Shown here: piece after piece, positions 20,893 to 28,851 of the stretch | How the letters are laid out: the number at the start of each line of letters is the position of its first letter | Numbering within the stretch: the stretch's first letter is position 1 | Source of the DNA: an uncultured virus (IMG/VR IMGVR_UViG_3300048587_001148) | Lineage: Duplodnaviria > Heunggongvirae > Uroviricota > Caudoviricetes | Length of the DNA stretch: 60,948 nucleotides | Strand: one strand, 5' to 3' | Virus record (IMG/VR): IMGVR_UViG_3300048587_001148 | Notes under the pieces: model-generated | The model's database searches: none | The model's input: only the letters and a program-made list of their open reading frames with translations | Told to the model about the DNA's origin: nothing | Translations under genes and position numbers: made by a program

Positions 20893-21235
20893 TCCGCGGG
20901 GGTCGGCCCGTGGGGTCCCCCGTGGGGACGTCCGCGTCGGCAGTGGGGGGTTGGCAAGAGATGGAGGCCCCGTGTATGATGTCGTCAGGGAGTCGCGTCC
21001 CGTGTTCATGATCCACCCGATTGGCCCCTAGGCCCCGGCTGTGGATCACCCCACCCGACCGGTGGATTTCCCCGGTCACTGTCTCGCAGCGGCGCATTGA
21101 CCGCAGGGGCATCAGTGGTGAGGGTCACGGAGGCGCGATTTCGTCGTTTGGATGTTCCGCGGATGCCCGCGTATGATCGCTGCACGTTCCACCACCGGGG
21201 TCTCGGCCCCACCCTTTGAGGAGATGGACCTGGTC

Positions 21236-21421
21236 ATGTCGAAAGCTGCGTTGTTCCCCTGCACCCCGTCACGCACGTCCGATTCGTCGGTCGTGAGCCC
21301 GTGGCATGCGCAATCGGCCAATCGTGCCTATGCGCTGGGAATGGGTTTTACGCGGCAGGACGAGCAGCAGCTCGAAGGGACGAAGGGTATTACCGAGGAC
21401 GGCGGGAGTGGCGGATTCTAG
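21236..21421 (+). CDS. small hypothetical protein
   Basis: GAGGAG upstream, terminator downstream. Confidence 0.35.
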   Translation: MSKAALFPCTPSRTSDSSVVSPWHAQSANRAYALGMGFTRQDEQQLEGTKGITEDGGSGGF

Positions 21422-21463
21422 CGCCACATGAAGTGTAAGCGAGCGATGGACTCGCCCTTCTCC

Positions 21464-21496
21464 CCCGCCGACCCTCACCTGGATCGGCGGGTTTTT
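21464..21496 (+). terminator. intrinsic terminator
   Basis: CCCGCCGA...TCGGCGGG stem followed by TTTTT. Confidence 0.7.
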
Positions 21497-21672
21497 CGTT
21501 GTGTGCTCTTTGACAACCGATGTACTGGGTGTGTGTGAAGCGACCGGTGGTCATCCTGTTTGTGGTGGCCGCGACTCCCCGCAGGTTGGGGTGGCCATCG
21601 GGCGTCTTCACTGCAGCAACGCGACGGCGCCACCCGTCGCGGAGAACGTAGGACGAGTACATGCAGGTCTCT

Positions 21673-21746
21673 GGGGGCGTAGCTCAGTCGGTTAGAGTGC
21701 GGCACTGTCACTGCCGAGGTCGCGAGTTCGAATCTCGTCGCTCCCG
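21673..21746 (+). tRNA. tRNA-Asp(GTC)
   Basis: cloverleaf; CT-GTC-AC loop; G73. Confidence 0.95.
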
Positions 21747-21767
21747 CTGTTTGTATGTCACACATAA

Positions 21768-21841
21768 GGCTCTGTAGCTCAGTCTGGTAGAGCACGCGGT
21801 TGAAGCCCGCGGTGCCGCAGGTTCGATTCCTGCCGGAGCCA
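21768..21841 (+). tRNA. tRNA-Phe(GAA)
   Basis: cloverleaf; TT-GAA-GC loop. Confidence 0.93.
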
Positions 21842-21842
21842 C

Positions 21843-21916
21843 TGCTGGATAGCTCAGGTGGTCAGAGCACCGGACTCATAACCCGGGGGCCGCTGGTTCG
21901 ACTCCAGCTCCAGCAA
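21843..21916 (+). tRNA. tRNA-CAT (elongator Met or Ile2)
   Basis: cloverleaf; CT-CAT-AA loop; paired 1:72. Confidence 0.88.
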
Positions 21917-21921
21917 TACGA

Positions 21922-21995
21922 TGGGGTGTAGCTCAGGTGGTGAGAGCGCAGTCCTGATAAGACTGAGGCCGATGGTTCAACTCCATCCACCCCAA
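21922..21995 (+). tRNA. tRNA-Ile(GAT)
   Basis: cloverleaf; CT-GAT-AA loop. Confidence 0.93.
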
Positions 21996-22029
21996 TAGTG
22001 TACAAAATCAATCTGAGGCACAGTAAGCC

Positions 22030-22100
22030 GTGGCGGTAGCTCAATGGATAGAGCACCGGGGGCACCTGGACGGATGGGCGTTCGACTCGCCTTCGTCACG
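22030..22100 (+). ncRNA. tRNA-like RNA with GGCA tetraloop replacing the anticodon loop
   Basis: acceptor GTGGCGG/TCGTCAC, D-arm AGCTCAATGGATAGAGC, T-loop TTCGACT, stem CCGGG-GGCA-CCTGG. Confidence 0.7.
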
Positions 22101-22148
22101 GCAGCGCAGCAGGAGAAGCGGCATCGCAGGGTGCCGCAGTGGAGAACT

Positions 22149-22220
22149 GCGAAGGTAGCTCAGAAGGCAGAGTCCCCCACTGGCGATGGGGAGGTGAGCT
22201 CTCGACTCGCCCTCTTCGCA
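22149..22220 (+). pseudogene. degenerate tRNA (GGC anticodon, aberrant T arm)
   Basis: acceptor GCGAAGG/TCTTCGC, D arm, CCCCA-CTGGCGA-TGGGG; no GTTC and no G3:U70. Confidence 0.6.
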
Positions 22221-22229
22221 GCGATGTAT

Positions 22230-22303
22230 GTCCGCATAGCTCAGCTGGTCAGAGCGTCGGCCTGTTAAGCCGAATGTCCTTGGTTCGAATCCAAGTGCGG
22301 ACG
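22230..22303 (+). tRNA. tRNA-Asn(GTT)
   Basis: cloverleaf; CT-GTT-AA; G73; G1:C72. Confidence 0.93.
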
Positions 22304-22330
22304 CTGAAGATCGGGAAGTGGAACAGGCAG

Positions 22331-22403
22331 GCCTCGCTAGCTCAACTGGCAGAGCAGCTCCCTCTTAAGGAGACGGTTCCAGGTTCGATTCCTGGGCGTG
22401 GCA
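22331..22403 (+). tRNA. tRNA-Lys(CTT)
   Basis: cloverleaf; CT-CTT-AA. Confidence 0.9.
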
Positions 22404-22407
22404 TCAT

Positions 22408-22480
22408 GCGGACGGAGCTCGGCTGGCAGAGCGTCGGCTTCCCAAGCCGAGGGCCGCGGGTTCGAATCCCGCCGTTCGCT
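22408..22480 (+). tRNA. tRNA-Gly(CCC)
   Basis: cloverleaf; TT-CCC-AA; U73. Confidence 0.88.
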
Positions 22481-22575
22481 TGCAATCCCCACGCACCGTG
22501 GAGCCAGTCACGGAGCGGGTTTGCGCGTGGAGGGCTTGGAGGGAAACCTTCGTCGTGATGACGAGGGGAACACAT

Positions 22576-22650
22576 GGTGATCGTAGCTCAGCCGGTTAGA
22601 GCGCCGCTCTGTGGCAGCGGAGGTCGCGGGTTCGAAGCCCGTCGGTCACC
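22576..22650 (+). tRNA. tRNA-His(GTG)
   Basis: cloverleaf; encoded G-1 and C73. Confidence 0.95.
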
Positions 22651-22730
22651 CTGAAGGAGGACGTCTGGGAGGCGCCCATCGACGCCGGCTTCGTGCGAAG
22701 GACGTTGATGGGCCCGACCTCGCTGAGGAG

Positions 22731-22815
22731 GGATAGGTGGCCGAGTGGTCTATGGCGGCGGTCTTGAAAACCGCAGGCTCGCAAGGGTCCGTGGGTTCGA
22801 ATCCCACCCTATCCG
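22731..22815 (+). tRNA. tRNA-Ser(TGA)
   Basis: type II cloverleaf; G73. Confidence 0.95.
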
Positions 22816-22825
22816 CTGTGTCTAC

Positions 22826-22910
22826 GGTTCGGTGGCCGAGTGGCTAAAGGCAGCAGACTGTAAATCTGCCGGGCGCAAGCCCTACGTAGGTTCGAATCCT
22901 ACCCGCACCA
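22826..22910 (+). tRNA. tRNA-Tyr(GTA)
   Basis: type II cloverleaf; CT-GTA-AA. Confidence 0.93.
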
Positions 22911-22930
22911 TCCCCGTGCCCCCCCCCTAT

Positions 22931-23003
22931 GCTCGCGTAGCTCAGTCGGCAGAGTACATCCTTGGTAAGGATGAGGTCATCGGTTCGATCCCGATCGCGA
23001 GCT
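22931..23003 (+). tRNA. tRNA-Thr(GGT)
   Basis: cloverleaf; TT-GGT-AA. Confidence 0.95.
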
Positions 23004-23043
23004 CTTCCAGGCGTCACGGTGGCGCCATGGACTTCCGGTACCT

Positions 23044-23129
23044 GCATTCGTGGCGAAACTGGTAGACGCACCAGCTTGAGGGGCTGGCGCTCCTCACCGA
23101 GCATCCCGGTTCGAGTCCGGGCGGATGCA
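23044..23129 (+). tRNA. tRNA-Leu(GAG)
   Basis: type II cloverleaf; A73. Confidence 0.93.
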
Positions 23130-23134
23130 CTTCT

Positions 23135-23207
23135 GCGGGCATAGCTCAGTTGGTAGAGCGCGACCTTGCCAAGGTCGAGGCCGCGAGTTCGAGTCTCGCT
23201 GTCCGCT
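23135..23207 (+). tRNA. tRNA-Gly(GCC)
   Basis: cloverleaf; TT-GCC-AA. Confidence 0.95.
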
Positions 23208-23235
23208 TGCTGTGCTGTAGTGTGGCGTTGTCTTT

Positions 23236-23307
23236 GGCGCGTTCGTCTATCGGTCAGGACATGACCCTCTCAAGGTCAAGAGGCGAGTTCGATTCTCGCA
23301 CGCGCTG
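23236..23307 (+). tRNA. tRNA-Glu(CTC)
   Basis: cloverleaf; CT-CTC-AA. Confidence 0.92.
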
Positions 23308-23348
23308 TGCTTGTTGGGCGGCCCACATCTCGGGTCGCCATGCTCCAT

Positions 23349-23421
23349 GTCGCCATCGTCTAGTGGCCTAGGACACGACCCTTTCAAGGTTGGAACACGG
23401 GTTCGATCCCCGTTGGCGACG
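23349..23421 (+). tRNA. tRNA-Glu(TTC)
   Basis: cloverleaf; CT-TTC-AA. Confidence 0.93.
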
Positions 23422-23444
23422 TTCCCTTGCCCTCCCCACCTTAT

Positions 23445-24787
23445 CGGTGGCGCCGTAAACCCCTGCCTTCAGGTATGGGGATATAAGGCGCCCGCAACGA
23501 AGACCTAATGTGTAACGTATTTCCCATGTCAGCCGCCCGGTAGGTGCGGGGGTGAATGAGCATTCGAGAATCGACACCAGGCGGGTTCCCGTGAGACGTA
23601 GCTATCTGTACAAGGCACGGCTGACACCCCGGATCGCGGATGCGGCCCGGGGACAGCTGGCCCTATGCTGTGAACTCTACAATGCCTGTCTGCAGGAGCG
23701 TCGCGATCACTGGCAGCAACGCGGCGTGTCGATTACAGCGAACCAACAGAAAGCACAACTACCCGCGATCAAGCAGGTGCGTCCGGACGTCGCATCTGTC
23801 GGGTCACAGGTACTGCAAGACGTGGTCGAGCGAGTCGATCGCGCCTTCCAGGCGTTCTTCCGTCGAGTCAAGGCCGGAGAAAAGCCCGGATACCCGCGGT
23901 TCAAATCGCGGCGTCACTATAACTCGCTCACCTTCAAGCAGTGCGGCTGGAAGCTCGGCCCTCGCTCAGGGAGCGGTCGCAAACGCACCCTCACCCTCCA
24001 CGGCATTGGGACTCTCACGCTCTTCTGGTCGCGCGAGCTCGAGGGTGCCGTGAAGACCGTCACGCTCCGTCGCGATCGATGCGGCGATTGGTGGGTGAGT
24101 TTCTCATGCGACGGCGTCGCAGCCAATCCCCTGCCCGCCACCGGTTCGCACGTCGGGATCGATCTCGGACTCGAAGCATTCCTCACCACGAGCAATGGCG
24201 AGCGCCTCGAGAATCGACGGCCCCTGCGCCGTGCCAGTGCTGGTATCCGCAAGGCGCAGCGCGTGGTCAGCAAGCGCACCCGCGGCGGGGGGCGCCGCCG
24301 CAAGGCCGTGCGTCGTCTCGCGGTGCGGCACCGCAAGGTTGAGCGCATTCGCCGTGACTGGCATCACCAGGTGGCACACCGTCTCGTGCGTCACCACGAC
24401 GTGCTGGCGGTGGAAGAGCTGAATATCGTGGGACTCCAGCGCGGGATGCTGGCGAAGAGTGTTGGCGACGTAGCATGGGGACAATTTCTCCAGATCCTGG
24501 GCGACAAGGCTGCAAGCGCCGGTCGACTCCTGATCACGGTGGACCCCCGTGGCACCAGCCAGCAGTGCAGTGCGTGTGGCGCCATGCCGGCGACACCGAA
24601 GTCGCTCGGCACACGTGACCATCAATGCGACTGTGGATACGTCGCGCACCGCGATCTTAACGCGGGGCGCAACATTCTGCAGCGCGCCCAACGAATGGGT
24701 CGGGCAGACCCTTCAGCGAGCTGGCCGGCCCACAAGGCAGCAGCGTAGACCTGAGAATCCCCTGGTTTTAGTCATGGGGGGTGTCAA
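23445..24787 (+). mobile_element. IS200/IS605-family TnpB-only (IS1341-type) element
   Basis: TTAT (23441-23444) then left-end hairpin AAACCCCTGCCTTCAGGTATGGGG; right-end hairpin GAATCCCCTGGTTTTAGTCATGGGGG ending in TCAA; no tnpA in window. Confidence 0.85.
23552..24748 (+). CDS. tnpB: RNA-guided endonuclease TnpB (start may be GTG 23591)
   Basis: GIDLG (RuvC-I), VEEL (RuvC-II), CSAC...CDC zinc ribbon, HRDLNAGRNI (RuvC-III). Confidence 0.95.
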   Translation: MNEHSRIDTRRVPVRRSYLYKARLTPRIADAARGQLALCCELYNACLQERRDHWQQRGVSITANQQKAQLPAIKQVRPDVASVGSQVLQDVVERVDRAFQAFFRRVKAGEKPGYPRFKSRRHYNSLTFKQCGWKLGPRSGSGRKRTLTLHGIGTLTLFWSRELEGAVKTVTLRRDRCGDWWVSFSCDGVAANPLPATGSHVGIDLGLEAFLTTSNGERLENRRPLRRASAGIRKAQRVVSKRTRGGGRRRKAVRRLAVRHRKVERIRRDWHHQVAHRLVRHHDVLAVEELNIVGLQRGMLAKSVGDVAWGQFLQILGDKAASAGRLLITVDPRGTSQQCSACGAMPATPKSLGTRDHQCDCGYVAHRDLNAGRNILQRAQRMGRADPSASWPAHKAAA

Positions 24788-25091
24788 GCAACGGTGGCGG
24801 GAGACCTGCCGTATACCCATTGAACTGAAGGAGTCCTGAATGGTGTCTCGCGCATTGACGCGAATGTTCCGCTCGCTGGGTCGCCGCATGGTGCGTACGC
24901 TCGGTGAGGGCGATCCCCGTCGGATTCCCATGTCACATGGTCCAGGCTTCCCTGTGGTACACAGCGGTAGCCTGACGGTGATCCAGGGGGGCAGCGGAAT
25001 GTTGGATGAGCACTTCCGCGCGAGTCATGAGACCTCTGGGAACGAACTGTCGGAATGAACGCCTCGATCAGCGGGGCCTGAGGAGCATCGG

Positions 25092-25910
25092 ATGCGTGCC
25101 CGCGACATGATTGAGGAATTGGTGCAGACGACCGGCGCGCCGCGGGGAGGGCGCGTGTCCCACCTGCTGCGGTGGTTTCCTGAGGCACGCACCCAAGACG
25201 TTGCCGGGCGCGCCGGAGTGACAGGCACCAACGTGTTGCTCGGGGACTCGGCGCCACTGGTGCTCCTGGGGGCGCATCATGACATTCACCCCGGCACGCG
25301 AGAGGGTGCCACGGACAATACGGCGGCTGTCGGCGTGCTCGCGGCCTGCGCGATGCGCTGGCGAGAGGCCGGCGTCTGGCCCGCGGGTCTCGGGATCGCT
25401 TTCTGGGACATGGAAGAACCGGCGAATGGAACTTTCGCTGCTGGCTCCTCGGCGCATGCGCGAGCGCTACGCGCTGCTGGGGTGACTCCACAGTTGATCG
25501 TCGCCTGTGATGTCTTCGGTCTGGGGGTGCCGTTCCTCTCCACCACCTCGAGCTGGCGGGCCGGCGAGCTCTTGCGGTTACAATCCACGCGCGCCGGCTT
25601 CCCCCTGCCGGAGGTGGCGACACCAGGAAGTGACGATGCCGGGTTCCGGCGGATGGGCTTTGAGGCGGCCCTTTTGACCACACTCCCGGCCGATGGCAGT
25701 ACGCGGGCGTGGCGGGCCATGCACACGACGGCCGACACGACGGCGCTGATTGACTGGGCTGCTCTTGAAGGTGTCGAGGCGTTCGTGGCCTCCATTGCAG
25801 CCCTCCCGGTCACGGGAGAGATGGTGCGTGAAGTGGATGCTGCGCGACAGCTCACGCTCCAGAGGGGCCGGTCACCGCTGGGGGCACTGGAGCAATTGCC
25901 GCTCTGGTGA
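25092..25910 (+). CDS. M28-family metallopeptidase
   Basis: GAHHD, GATDN, DMEE, SDD, MHT..DT motifs. Confidence 0.8.
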   Translation: MRARDMIEELVQTTGAPRGGRVSHLLRWFPEARTQDVAGRAGVTGTNVLLGDSAPLVLLGAHHDIHPGTREGATDNTAAVGVLAACAMRWREAGVWPAGLGIAFWDMEEPANGTFAAGSSAHARALRAAGVTPQLIVACDVFGLGVPFLSTTSSWRAGELLRLQSTRAGFPLPEVATPGSDDAGFRRMGFEAALLTTLPADGSTRAWRAMHTTADTTALIDWAALEGVEAFVASIAALPVTGEMVREVDAARQLTLQRGRSPLGALEQLPLW

Positions 25911-25954
25911 CACGAAATGTTCGCGCGTGAATACCCGTCCTGTGCATGACTATC

Positions 25955-26034
25955 GCGAGCGTGGCGGAATGGCAGACGCACCAGACTTAGGATCTGGCGG
26001 GTTTCCCGTGGGGGTTCGAGTCCCCCCGTTCGCA
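25955..26034 (+). tRNA. tRNA-Leu(TAG)
   Basis: type II cloverleaf; CT-TAG-GA. Confidence 0.93.
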
Positions 26035-26051
26035 CTGTGGTAAGTGTTTGC

Positions 26052-26363
26052 TGCCCCTTGGTGTAACTGGCAACACGTCTGACTCTAGCAGCAGGACCGC
26101 TGGACACCCCGGTTGAAAGGCCGGGAGTGAATGCCCTCAAAGTCGGTGAACGCTTCCGGGGAGACCCGATGCCAACGCCGAGCCAAGCCCCGGAGGAGTG
26201 GGGAAGGTGTAGAGACTGGATGGGGGCCACCTGACCGGCGCGCGGATGCGCGGACGCAGGTGAAGGCACAGTCCAGACCACGAACACCGGGCCCGCCCGG
26301 TGGCGGCGAAAGCCGAAGTGGTACGGGATCAGAAGAGTCCAGGTTCGAACCCTGGAGGGGCAA
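26052..26363 (+). tRNA. tRNA-Gln(CTG), intron-containing (exons 26052-26086 and 26326-26363)
   Basis: joined exons give TCTGA-CTCTGGA-TCAGA; U1:A72 and Gln-type D arm. Confidence 0.9.
26087..26325 (+). ncRNA. group I self-splicing intron (IC3-like), 239 nt
   Basis: exon ends in U, intron ends in G; core strings CAACGCCGAGCCAAGC, GAAGGTGTAGAGACT, GGTGAAGGCACAGTCCAG resemble the Azoarcus tRNA-Ile intron. Confidence 0.92.
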
Positions 26364-26466
26364 TTGTGGCACCCCGCGCACCGCGGGTTCATCGGCGTCT
26401 GTGCGCCTGTCGTTCCTTCCCCACGCGTCGGTTCTCCGACTCGGCAACCTACAGGAGGTAGTAATC

Positions 26467-26793
26467 ATGCTGCACCGTTACGATGTACCCGACCTCTGGG
26501 TCGCCAGCAATCCGCCAGTTGGAGCACTGTATCACGAGCAGGCGATTGCACCTGATGCACTGCGAGTGATGCTGGAGGAGGCGACGGAAGTGGTCGTGCG
26601 TCGGCACCCGGAAGGCAAGGTGCTTGCGCGCAAGATGCGGCGGGAGGGATCACGTGGTGGTATCCCGCGTCGGTTTGTATTCCTGGCGCCGTTCGTCCTC
26701 GAGGCACTGTGTCGACAGCATGGGTTCCGCGCCCGCGTGACGGACGGGAAGCGTACGGCTCGACGCGCGGGGTCGGTCGCACTGGTCGCATGA
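26467..26793 (+). CDS. hypothetical protein
   Basis: AGGAGG before ATG. Confidence 0.65.
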   Translation: MLHRYDVPDLWVASNPPVGALYHEQAIAPDALRVMLEEATEVVVRRHPEGKVLARKMRREGSRGGIPRRFVFLAPFVLEALCRQHGFRARVTDGKRTARRAGSVALVA

Positions 26794-26860
26794 TGTAGGC
26801 GAGCAAGCATTGACAAGGCTGGTGGCACAAGGGGAGTTGGCCGCGTGCCACATGGCCATG

Positions 26861-26866
26861 TATGAT
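26861..26866 (+). promoter_or_regulatory. putative internal -10 box (TATGAT) of the tRNA array
   Basis: 11 nt upstream of tRNA-fMet; same motif class as elsewhere. Confidence 0.45.
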
Positions 26867-26877
26867 CATCAACACGT

Positions 26878-26951
<74 letters not shown>

Positions 26952-26954
26952 CTT

Positions 26955-27028
26955 GCCCGCATAGCTCAGATGGCCAGAGCACCGCACTTGTAATGCGGGG
27001 GCCGTCGGTTCGACTCCGACTGCGGGCT
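26955..27028 (+). tRNA. tRNA-Thr(TGT)
   Basis: cloverleaf. Confidence 0.94.
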
Positions 27029-27050
27029 CTCGTGAGGATGGCAGGGCCAT

Positions 27051-27123
27051 GCTTTCGTAGCTCAGTTGGGAGAGCGCGTCACTCGTAATGACGAGGTCCT
27101 GGGTTCGAGTCCCAGCGGAAGCT
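27051..27123 (+). tRNA. tRNA-Thr(CGT)
   Basis: cloverleaf. Confidence 0.94.
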
Positions 27124-27142
27124 CTTGTGCGATGCGGGTTCT

Positions 27143-27232
27143 GGAGCGGTGGCCGAGTGGCTGAAGGCGACGGTTTGCTAAACCGTTTTGGAGGGTAAAC
27201 CTCCAACGAGGGTTCGAATCCCTCTCGCTCCG
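27143..27232 (+). tRNA. tRNA-Ser(GCT)
   Basis: type II cloverleaf; G73. Confidence 0.94.
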
Positions 27233-27243
27233 TGTGGCACGAT

Positions 27244-27317
27244 GCCCTGATAGCTCAACTGGCAGAGCATCCGACTTTTAATCGGTAAGGTTGAAGGTTC
27301 GAGTCCTTCTCGGGGCA
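27244..27317 (+). tRNA. tRNA-Lys(TTT)
   Basis: cloverleaf. Confidence 0.92.
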
Positions 27318-27338
27318 TCGCAGGTTAGGGCATGACAC

Positions 27339-27412
27339 GCGGGCGTAGCTCAGCTGGATAGAGTGCCGAGATTCTAACTCGGATGCCACAGGTTCGAGTC
27401 CTGTCGCCCGCA
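27339..27412 (+). tRNA. tRNA-Arg(TCT)
   Basis: cloverleaf; AT-TCT-AA. Confidence 0.92.
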
Positions 27413-27425
27413 TCTGGTGATACGC

Positions 27426-27509
27426 GCGGTGGTGGTGGAATTGGCAGACACAACGGGCTTAAGATCCGTCGTCGGCAACGACATGAGGGTTCGATCCCCT
27501 CCCGCCGCA
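27426..27509 (+). tRNA. tRNA-Leu(TAA)
   Basis: type II cloverleaf. Confidence 0.93.
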
Positions 27510-27544
27510 TGGTCGTGCAGAACGGTGGCTTGAGAGTGGAATGC

Positions 27545-27628
27545 GCGGTGGTGGTGGAATTGGCAGACACAACGGGCTCAAGATCCGTCGTCGGCAACGA
27601 CATGAGGGTTCGACCCCCTCCCGCCGCA
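27545..27628 (+). tRNA. tRNA-Leu(CAA)
   Basis: type II cloverleaf; near copy of Leu(TAA). Confidence 0.93.
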
Positions 27629-27681
27629 TCATAGGAGATGGTCCATGATGGCGCGCGGTGGTCTGCGCTGAAGATCTACGC

Positions 27682-27754
27682 GGGACGATAGCTCAATCGG
27701 GAGAGCACCGGCTTTGCAAGCCGGGGGTTGGGGGTTCGAACCCCCCTCGTTCCA
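27682..27754 (+). tRNA. tRNA-Ala(TGC)
   Basis: G3:U70; TT-TGC-AA. Confidence 0.94.
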
Positions 27755-27780
27755 TGGTGGTGAAAGGTGGTAGTGCATGA

Positions 27781-27856
27781 CGGGGTATAGCGTAGCCCGG
27801 TTTATCGCGCCTGCCCTGGGAGCAGGAGATCCTCGGTTCAAATCCGAGTACCCCGA
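27781..27856 (+). tRNA. tRNA-Pro(TGG), C at position 33
   Basis: C1:G72, A73; loop CC-TGG-GA. Confidence 0.85.
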
Positions 27857-27871
27857 TGTTGTTTTGGTGAG

Positions 27872-27954
27872 GGCCATCTGGTGAAACGGTAGACGCACTG
27901 GCTTCAGGAGCCAGCGCCCTTCGGGGCATCCGGGTTCGACTCCCGGGGTGGCCA
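27872..27954 (+). tRNA. tRNA-Leu(CAG)
   Basis: type II cloverleaf. Confidence 0.93.
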
Positions 27955-28166
27955 TCGTGGGTGTGTGTTGTGACCGCATCACTGCGACGTGATGCCATGG
28001 AAGGGCAGGTTCGACTCCTGCTCGCTGGCCGAGGACGGGTGTGACGGGAGGTTGGTTCGAATCCAACTCAATGTGCCGCAGGACCGACGACTGCGGAAAG
28101 CTCAGGTGAGACAAATGGCCATGTGGCGTCCCGCCGCACTGCGCGTCGGCGCACGGGACACATTGC

Positions 28167-28240
28167 GGGTCCGTAGCTCAGCTGGACAGAGCAAGCGCAT
28201 CCTAAGCGCTGGGTCGCGTGTTCGAATCACGCCGGGCCCA
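28167..28240 (+). tRNA. tRNA-Arg(CCT)
   Basis: cloverleaf; AT-CCT-AA. Confidence 0.92.
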
Positions 28241-28258
28241 TGCTCGTGAAGTACACGT

Positions 28259-28343
28259 GGTCGCGTGGCCGAGTGGTTGAAGGCAACGGCCTGCAAAGCC
28301 GTCTTCCGAGAGGAACTCACCGGTTCGAATCCGGTCGCGACCT
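28259..28343 (+). tRNA. tRNA-Cys(GCA) with long variable arm
   Basis: CT-GCA-AA; U73; variable hairpin TTCC-GAGA-GGAA. Confidence 0.9.
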
Positions 28344-28382
28344 TGTTCGGTCTCCGCGTAGGTGAAGGCATCTGCTGTTGCT

Positions 28383-28455
28383 GGGTCTGTAGCTCAATTG
28401 GTAGAGCATCGGTCTCCAAAACCGACGGTTGCAAGTTCGAGTCTTGCCAGGCCCG
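28383..28455 (+). tRNA. tRNA-Trp(CCA)
   Basis: cloverleaf; G73. Confidence 0.95.
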
Positions 28456-28851
28456 TGTATGGAAATCGCGTTCCCCCTGCCCCGCACCTGTGGGCTGGGG
28501 AGGAGGTCGGATGGGGTGCTTGGCAAACATGGGCCACGCCCTCCATGCTCGTGTGCTCGCGGGGTCGCCCGCGAGTTGGTGCAACGAAGAGTCTTTCGTT
28601 GGCCGTCCGCTCGGTCCACTACACCGCAGGCGAGGCAGCGTGGAGCGCGCTACGTACGCTGTACGAACGCGCACAGGGTCGACTCGACGGAGTCGTTTGG
28701 AGGGTTCGCCTGACCGAGGCGACATCGGCGATCGGACTCGCTGCCTCACCCACCTGCCCCGCCATCGCAGCTTGAGGAGACGGTGCTCCTGGCGTGCGTC
28801 CCGCGCGTCATCTGCGAAAGGTCCAGAGACTCCTGGATCAGGGACACTCTC

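Noticed and set aside
23552..24748. Cas12f-type CRISPR effector
   Set aside because: Flanked by IS200/IS605 end hairpins and no array; ordinary TnpB
26078..26095. Apparent amber (CTA) suppressor anticodon, and ochre (TTA) at 29220-29226
   Set aside because: The A is the first intron base; no anticodon stem closes there, and splicing gives CTG and TTG (Gln). Genes in the window use TAG and TAA as normal stops.
28456..28850. Possible small gene between tRNA-Trp and tRNA-Ala (AGGAGG before ATG 28511)
   Set aside because: Competing frames, none with convincing composition, and the RBS frame runs into the next tRNA; left uncalled
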